A DNA stretch of 56,211 nt, counting the filler, from Platydemus manokwari (taxonomy: Eukaryota), in NCBI GenBank assembly GCA_037951405.1. It is 4 parts of 4 records of this genome, joined end to end, with 100 filler letters (N's around TTAATTAATTAA, not from the genome) between each part and the next. Parts side by side here need not be neighbours in the genome. Positions count along the whole stretch, not along the records: positions 33,537 to 56,211 come from JBBMOY011222542.1; 3 more parts are not named here. One strand, 5' to 3'. A program made the position numbers and the translations under genes. The notes under the pieces were generated by a model that saw nothing but the letters and a program-made list of their open reading frames with translations, had not been told where the DNA came from and searched no databases. Of the stretch, positions 48,648 through 56,211 are shown piece after piece (the first letter of the stretch is position 1; every line of letters starts with the position of its first letter).

Positions 48648-51062
48648 TTATGTCTTTAATACATCTTTTCGTTTCTTTGCCATCTTTTTAATCATTGCCT
48701 TTTTTTCATTTTCAATACCAGTTTTCCTCAAATTTCCAATAGCTCCTGCAGCTGCCAGTTGTAATTCAGTATTTTCTGATCCAATCATGTTTATAAGCAG
48801 ATGTGAAACACCAGCTTGGTTCATTTCACGACTATTATTTGGATCTTGACTCAATTTGTACAATGCCCTAGCAGCAGAAGCATGGACTAATACTTCACTT
48901 GAACGGAGAAAGTTCACCAATGGAGTTATGACATTGGCTCTTCCAAATTGTTCCCTGTTATCTCTATAATCACAGCAAACGGCTATAGCTTCTGACAATG
49001 ACTGCCTCAACTTATCATTGTCCGTTTTCACTAATCTTGATAACAATCTTACAACTCCGAGATCACTTAATATGGCTACATTATCACTCTCTTTTCCCAG
49101 TTCAGCTATTAGTGCACAGGCTGCTGAAAGAATATCTTCATTTGTTGATTCCAGTTGCTTAACTGTCAATTCCAAACTGCCGACCAATGTTTTAATGAGA
49201 CTTCCAGAATGTTCCGTATGAGTACAGCATGATTTAAGAGCCTCTAAAGCAGCCGCTACAACAAACGCTTTAGAATGCTTTGTTATTGCAAATAAAATAG
49301 GTACACCGTCTAATTTATTTATTTCTGCCATACATTCTGGGTTCTTAGCACATTCTTTCAAAACGCCAATCGTATTAAACAATAAATTTTCTTCGTCCAT
49401 TTGTAAAAGTGAGATTAATTTTTTCGTAGAATTGTTAGCATTAATCAGTTTTCTCCCTTCTTCTAATTTAGATATTTCATAAAGAGCACCGGTGACATTT
49501 ATCATTATCTTTTCTGCCTTTTCCAATTTATTAAGAGTGTGGGAAGCCGATATTTGAGGCCGTAAGTAAATTTGAAACGACTTAGGTAATGTATCCAATA
49601 TTTTCAATAATAAATTCGTACCATTTTTCGTGTTGACTTCAACTGCATTAATTGGACAGAGACAACATTTCCATATCGCTCCAGTGATAGCATAAAGAAG
49701 TTTCTGATCGCCTTCCGGATCGAGATGAACTATCAGTACTTCAATACCACCAAGATTTCTCACTAAAGTTCGAGTTTCAGAATCGACTGCGCATTTGAAA
49801 ATTGTTAATCCACTTTGGGTGCGTAACCATAAATTGGGGCTATTCAAGTGTTTTATCAAAATTGGCATCATTCCTTCAGTTCTTATAGAAATCCGATAAT
49901 AGAGTTCAGATGCACATTGTTGTAATGTTCCAATAACTGGTATAAGAATATTTTGGTTATCTTTTCTCAAAAGTTTTGCTAGTAGAGGTATTACTCCTGC
50001 TCTTCGCATACACACTCGATTTCTTTTTGATTTACTTACTTTCCACAAAGCTGTAGCGGCGTTCTGAGTAACGGAGACTTGCATGGAATCCCTTTGAGCA
50101 GTACTAGGACAGTTTGTTTGTGTTGAAGAATTTGATGATTTATCTATATCCAGTAAGTAAACTAAATGACCTATTCCGTCAAATCTTCGAATGTTTGAGC
50201 GAGCTCTTTTGAATACAGCTAATTTTGCTAATGTATCAGCTGCTAAACACTGGAGGTCAGCATTGTGATGTTTTAAATTTTCTACGAGTGGCTGTATACC
50301 ACCTAGAAAGGTAACATTTCTGCAATAAAATATGATGTTAGCAAGCTCTCTTATAATTTTCAAAGATCCTATTCGACATCTCATATCATTTGCTGTTAAA
50401 AGATTCAATAATAATGCTATTCCATCACTGTCTTCCATTGCTCTCATACATTCCGGTGACTTGAGCTTGTTATTATTCATATAACAGAGACATAAGAGTG
50501 TTGCATGGACATTTCCTATCCTTATGTATCGCAATAATTTTGTCAACTGCCAGTATATAGGGCTTATTTGTACATCTGATTTTTGATAAATAATCGACTC
50601 TAGGAAATCTAAATGTTTTGCCTCTTCATCTTCAGACTCTGAACTACTATCAACATCATCATATGTTTGTTGACTATTGGTCTGTTTATATAAACGTTTA
50701 TGAAAATTCTTCATTCTTGTCACAACATCACTATAGTAGCCAACATCATATTTTGCTTTGACTCGTTTCATTATTTTCTCATAAGATTTAAACGTATTTT
50801 CTCGACATTCCAAACTGGAATTAGGAACGGTTTTCGAATAGAGATATGTATTGTATTTCGAATATTTCGATTTGGCACTGGTATTCAATTGTTTCGTGTT
50901 ATCAGGTTTCATGGCATTATTTTGGTTAGTTGTTTGGGCATTGAATTGGATGTAATTTCTACTCAATTTATCCTCAATATATTCATCAATTCTATTAAAC
51001 ATCTGTTGTCTTTTTTCATCTTCATCATCATCAACAATGACATTTGATTGATAGGTTGGCAT
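48648..51062 (-). CDS. ODAD2: Armadillo-repeat protein, ARMC4/ODAD2 (outer dynein arm docking; gudu)-like, single exon
   Basis: 804-aa ORF. An acidic linker (DSSSESEDEE) precedes YWQLTKLLRYIRIGN.HATL, LIPVIGTLQQCASE.YYRISIRTEGM, TGAIWKC and RALYKLSQDPNN, all ARMC4-characteristic, within tandem ARM repeats. Confidence 0.85.
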   Translation of the reverse strand: MPTYQSNVIVDDDEDEKRQQMFNRIDEYIEDKLSRNYIQFNAQTTNQNNAMKPDNTKQLNTSAKSKYSKYNTYLYSKTVPNSSLECRENTFKSYEKIMKRVKAKYDVGYYSDVVTRMKNFHKRLYKQTNSQQTYDDVDSSSESEDEEAKHLDFLESIIYQKSDVQISPIYWQLTKLLRYIRIGNVHATLLCLCYMNNNKLKSPECMRAMEDSDGIALLLNLLTANDMRCRIGSLKIIRELANIIFYCRNVTFLGGIQPLVENLKHHNADLQCLAADTLAKLAVFKRARSNIRRFDGIGHLVYLLDIDKSSNSSTQTNCPSTAQRDSMQVSVTQNAATALWKVSKSKRNRVCMRRAGVIPLLAKLLRKDNQNILIPVIGTLQQCASELYYRISIRTEGMMPILIKHLNSPNLWLRTQSGLTIFKCAVDSETRTLVRNLGGIEVLIVHLDPEGDQKLLYAITGAIWKCCLCPINAVEVNTKNGTNLLLKILDTLPKSFQIYLRPQISASHTLNKLEKAEKIMINVTGALYEISKLEEGRKLINANNSTKKLISLLQMDEENLLFNTIGVLKECAKNPECMAEINKLDGVPILFAITKHSKAFVVAAALEALKSCCTHTEHSGSLIKTLVGSLELTVKQLESTNEDILSAACALIAELGKESDNVAILSDLGVVRLLSRLVKTDNDKLRQSLSEAIAVCCDYRDNREQFGRANVITPLVNFLRSSEVLVHASAARALYKLSQDPNNSREMNQAGVSHLLINMIGSENTELQLAAAGAIGNLRKTGIENEKKAMIKKMAKKRKDVLKT

Positions 51063-54049
51063 GGTTTATTTTTGAATAAATTAATTATTAAAATATATTG
51101 ATTGAAAGAAATTGAAATTATTTTACTTCATTAGGGCCATTAATTTTTTACTTTTTGGAGTCATTGCTTTTATTTCTTTATTGCTTATTATTTGATTTGA
51201 TCGAAATCTATCAGTCTCTTTTAACAATTTGACTATCAAATTATTATTAATATGGTAATGATTGATGCTGAAATATATATAGTATGATGAAAATTGTGAT
51301 ACCGTATGGATACCAACCGTCTGATTAATACCCAACTCAATTTACTATAAAATATTTATTATAATTAACAATTAAGCCTATTCCTACTGTATACAACGCA
51401 ATAAAAAGAGTTATAAATTACTACTTTTATACGACTATGATTTTAGAAATACTTTTATACACGAAAACGTTGGAAAACTTTTCAATTTGCAAATTTGTGG
51501 AAACAGATTGTGGATCAACAATACCCTTAGTGACCATTGGGTAAGTGCCATTTTCAAGAGTTTTTCCGAGCTCGGCTCGATAAATAGGGAGAATATGCGT
51601 TATAAATATGGTAATATGTATTTTACTCGAAATTATCTTCCGTTATTCTGGTGTTTCCTCAAGGAATTATAATATTTCTTTTCTCTTCCTATATTACTAT
51701 AGAGCATATAATTTAAGGAGAATTTGGAGAATTTGGCTTGGCTTCGACAAATTGAACAATCGATCTTCTATGTCAGCAATCAACGCACGATGTAGTGGTT
51801 TCCAATAATAATGGGGCAAACGGCATATGATGGTCACTGCCTTATATAGGGTTGCTGGGTCACAGCGAATAATGGACTTGAAAGGAAAATGCGGGCTTCG
51901 TTTCCGCTTTATTATGATTGGATTATTTCTACTGACATTTGCCGTGTGGGCTTAATTGAAATTCTTTATTTTAAAATAAGGGCTTTTATTTAATATTTTT
52001 GATTTTTGTGTGAAAATAAGTTTTAATTAAACTAATTTTACTTATTAATGTTATTAACATATTGTCACATGTAAAACTATTTAGATTTTAGTAGATCTGA
52101 TAGCAGTTGAGAAAAAAATTCAACATAATTAATGTACCAAAACTCTATGAAAACATATTAATGATAGCACACAAAACTAGCATTAGCATACGTACAAAAT
52201 TATGCGTTATATATAATCCAAGATATCCATATTGATCAAGGTTGATTGCAGCAGTAATTGAGGCCAATATTAATACCAATGCCTTTTATCGATAAAGCTA
52301 TAATAGAGGAACATTAAAAGAACATTTAACATCTCAGAGAACTTCTAATTTCGCAATTTGAATTGGCATTGTTGCTAGCATTATTATTGTGATTGCGTTG
52401 CAGATTCAATAAACAGTAAAAGTTGATTTGAATTTTCTTCATTTGAAATAATTATGAGAAGAGAGTAGTCAATGAAACTCATTCGTTATGTTAATCACAG
52501 TAGTTGACACTTGAGTTCAATTAATTGATAAAGGGACGTGAATGGGTTAAATTCTTTACGATTTTAATGCAGGTAATTATTTTAAATAATAGAAGACGTC
52601 AACAGAGTTGTTGCAGAAACTTAGCTTAAAGTAATAAATCTAAGTCTGACAGGTTAAAATTGCTGACTGATGAAATTGCAGAGAACCTTGAATATGGCAG
52701 AGAATTCCGTCTCTAAACTTAAGTAAAAATAAGAGCCAGTTTCATAGATGAATAAATTTAAAATAAACTTTATTAATTAGATCAAGTTTGATACTACTCA
52801 AATCTAACGAATTTCATATTTCCTGACGGGCTGTATTTCTAAATTTTAGTTGGTAATAAGAGAAAAGCAGAATCTTTCGAATTATTAGAATTTATTTATT
52901 AGCTTACTCTTTATGTAACTCATAAATCGCAACGGAATGCATTCCTGATATCTGCTATGTTAGTGGTTTCTACCTCGTTTAAATTTTGAGATTCCTTAGA
53001 AGCATTCGTTTCGAAAATTTTTGTTATTTCTATATACATAAAGCAAATTAAACATTTAAAAAAAGTAGAATCTTTTCCAGAGAGCTTGTTTTATTGCTCA
53101 ACTTAATCAGGCATATGAATAATAATAAAAATCGCTGCATATATATAATTCAAAAATTACTTCGCATTAAATTGTAAATAATTTACTAAAATTTAAAATA
53201 TTTTTTATTCATTTTAAAATGATTATTAAATTATTAATATTATTAATTTATTATTAAATTTGTTCCTTTAAATTTTCCTCGCAAGTTACAAGTTAATAAC
53301 TTCGTCCCGAACCTTTATTGCACTAAAAGTTCAGCACGACTCCATACAGATACTAACGTCAAATATGTACTATGATTCCGAAGCCGTCGTTCTTCGATGT
53401 ATCAATCCAAGACGCTGATAAATCGTTCCGATGAACCATGGATTTTGTTACATTTAATCAAATGGAATTATCATTTGAGTTTGACATGTTGAGAGATGAC
53501 ACCAAACAACTGTGGCAAGAATTCAGTTTCAATGAAGCTGTTCCAAATGGTTTTTGGAAACTTTCACATGCCAAAATAGTTTAAGACAAGGTTCAAAATT
53601 TGTCAGCAATACGATATAAACCAGATGAGAAGAGAACTAATGAACTTCTGGTAAAGAAATTAGTAACGGAGGTGTCTGAAAAGAAGAACACTCTTGAACA
53701 AATTTTAGGGTCTGAATAGCAAGAAATTGAAAGAGTCTTTTACTCTCGATCCTGCAATGTCCAACGATAGGAGAAGAAAGTTGGCTGTCAATTTAGAGAA
53801 GTTATATAAAGAAGACATATGTCCAGTCAGTATTTCAAATTAACCCAAGAAAAACCTTTCAAAAAGAGACTTCGTTCAAAAAGCCAAGCCCAGTTGTGCA
53901 AGAAAGAGATTTTGGAATAACATCGTGCACCAGTTAATCACATGGAATCTCCAAACAATACGGGACTAACAAAAGCTAAATTTTACAACGATTGTAGAGG
54001 AAAATCCACTTCACTATTTAAAACCAAGAGCTCGCTTTTGCTGTGGTGA

Positions 54050-54290
54050 GCTAATTTGTTCATGGATCGGTCTGCTTCGAATTTTCCGTGTATCTCTTAT
54101 GCAATTGGAAGATATTTGAGCTTGCTGCCATTTGTAGGTATGTGCCTTTCGATTCTTAGCTTCTAAATATGGATTAATATCGGAACGACGGCACATGTAC
54201 TTATCGGATCTATGTCTGTCGATCCTTTTTAGGGTTATTTCTTTGGTACGTCTAATCCTTTTGACTGATTTGTAATCAACCAACATTTCT
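54050..54290. repeat. Dispersed repeat family C, copy 2
   Basis: Same-orientation homolog of 33780-34025. Overlaps the 90-aa minus-strand ORF 54014-54286. Confidence 0.8.
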
Positions 54291-55636
54291 ATTGAAAGTA
54301 TGACTGAAACCTTATTTCAAGAAACGGTTTTCGAATTTGTGTTTTTTACATAGTAACTTTGCGTGTACGTTACTCCGGATATTTTCGTGCCGCCAATGAC
54401 TTCCAAAAGTTATATTCAATAACATAACTATCTTTGTGTTGATTTTATGTGTCTTCTAGTAATACGGTATCGAAAAGCTCTCTCTCATTTACTATTGAAT
54501 TGCCTTATTTTTTAATTTAATTGGATTTGTTTATGTTTATTCAGTCTTATTAAATTATATATTTTTATATCATATCTATTCACGTTTATTAAACTTTTAT
54601 ATTTGATTTTATGACCTTGTTCATTTATAACAATAGATACTTTTAATTATTATAAACCATATCGTTAATTTTGGAAACAAGTTAGATCAGAACTAGGAAA
54701 ATAATTAGATGAAATATTTTCAAATCAAATTTTACTTTCATCTACACCAAAACTGTTCTGTTAAAGAAAACAATATTTAACGTGATTCATTTTAAACACT
54801 TTCATAATGTAAGCAGTTACTACTATTTTATAAAACACACATCAAAAACCAACTGAAAAGACACGACATTACATTAAGTATTTACGATTAAATACGATTA
54901 TTTAAACAAATTAAATTCTATACAAAATTAAATCATAAAAAATGTAATTCAATTTTAATATTCTTACACATAATATGTCAAAAGCATATCTGACTGTTTC
55001 GAATTTAACATTTATTTGTTTTATTTAATGAACTGCTGTGGGTTTATTTTACATATTAATTGATTAACAATTGTAAAATAAACGAAACATTAAAAAAATA
55101 TAAATGTATACCATTTGTTTTAATAAATAAGTGTTTAGATTTCTTATCTTCAAGAAATAACGACAAAGGCAAGAATCCAAATAGTAATGTTTTGAGTACC
55201 TGTAATTATTTGATAACAAATATTCACATGATAAGCTTGTATATAACATTTTAAAAACTCAAACAAATTTCATAAATAAACCATAAACAAGCATTAAAAC
55301 AAAGAAAATATTTATTTTCATTAAAATATAAAATCTATTCACACATTTATATTTCAAATGATTTACACATGTTAAAATGTTTTGACCTTTCACAGAAAAA
55401 ATGTCCTCAGTCATCATCGATAATAATAATAATAATAACAACATTAAAACAAAAAATAAAATATACTATCAATACAACAAAGTGAAATATAGATTACCAC
55501 AATCCAAATAGCAGAAAATTCAAGTAGCGTCTACGATAAAATAATTTGTAAAACCCAGTAAAAAATAATTTTCATTGGTTTGCTTCAAGATAATATGAAA
55601 GAAAAATTGTATGTATTGAATCATGAATGCTCACAT

Positions 55637-56211
55637 TCAGTATCTGGATTCGAGTGGAGTATAAACAGGATTGACAAATCCTATTCCACTAACTGTTCCA
55701 ACTGGAGGACGACTGTTTGGATATCTTAACCAATCTGGTTGATATCGACCAAATATGCTTGATAAAAATGACCGAATTCTATAATTAGAGAGAAGATTTT
55801 GCCGATAAAGATATAACAAGAATCCAATAATAAGTATTGGGATGAAAATTAATATCATAACAACAATGCTATTATGGGAATCATGACTATATTTATGAAA
55901 GTCTTTATGTTGTTCACTGATCGGATGGCATGGAACCATTTGACAATTCTGAATTTATAAATATAATATCATGAAATCGATAATATCATATCATATCATA
56001 TCATATCATATCTTATCATATATAATGTAATATAATTTATAATGATTAAAATTAATCTCAAATAATAAAATACCTCCAATATATATTTATTTCCTTTGAA
56101 AATATAGCAACTATATGGATGGAACACAGTATTATTGTTGAATTCTGAACATCTTTGTAGAGAATAAGATATATAACCTTCATTATTAAATGGGAATGAT
56201 GAGAAAAGTTG
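55637..56211 (-). CDS. 3' end of a type I membrane protein (Cys-rich, possibly kringle-like ectodomain end; TM; FxNPxY tail); exons >=56211-56074 and 55948-55637
   Basis: Donor GAG|gtattt and acceptor ttcag|AAT join in phase 0 to give QRCSEFNNNTVFHPYSCYIFKGNKYILE|NCQMVPC. Hydrophobic TM IVVMILIFIPILIIGFLLYLY; tail GFVNPVY. Confidence 0.75.
55983..56020. repeat. (ATATC)n pentanucleotide microsatellite, intronic
   Basis: About 7 tandem ATATC units, one of them imperfect. Confidence 0.85.

Noticed and set aside
51123-51335. Upstream ORF as an extra 5' exon of the ARMC4-like gene
   Set aside because: No AG acceptor between it and the ARMC4 ATG, and no similarity to ARMC4.

Overview
AT-rich animal genomic DNA, shown by GT-AG introns, a class B GPCR exon and an axonemal ARMC4-like gene. 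The (AAT)n-rich, very low-GC composition would fit a flatworm-like invertebrate, but the species cannot be determined from this window. Four contigs are joined by three artificial 100-bp spacers (N44-TTAATTAATTAA-N44). Host genes: a lone histone H4, the last exon of a secretin-family GPCR, a ~960-aa protein with two HEPN-like RNase motifs plus TPRs, ZNHIT2, a highly divergent 3-exon alpha-tubulin, an intronless ARMC4/ODAD2-like gene, and the 3' end of a type I membrane receptor with an FxNPxY tail. Mobile DNA: a decayed Polinton/adintovirus-type element (integrase, PLA2X, PolB, HNH) whose PolB is split by a short-LTR Ty3/Gypsy derivative, two mariners, Merlin and LINE remnants, and several dispersed repeat families. 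Top candidates for new biology: (1) the tandem-HEPN + TPR protein, a possible ligand-gated RNase or immune effector; (2) the intact alpha-tubulin with the GTPase-activating E254 replaced by Val and a ~200-aa acidic-then-basic tail. All family calls come from motifs recognised by eye; no database searches were run.
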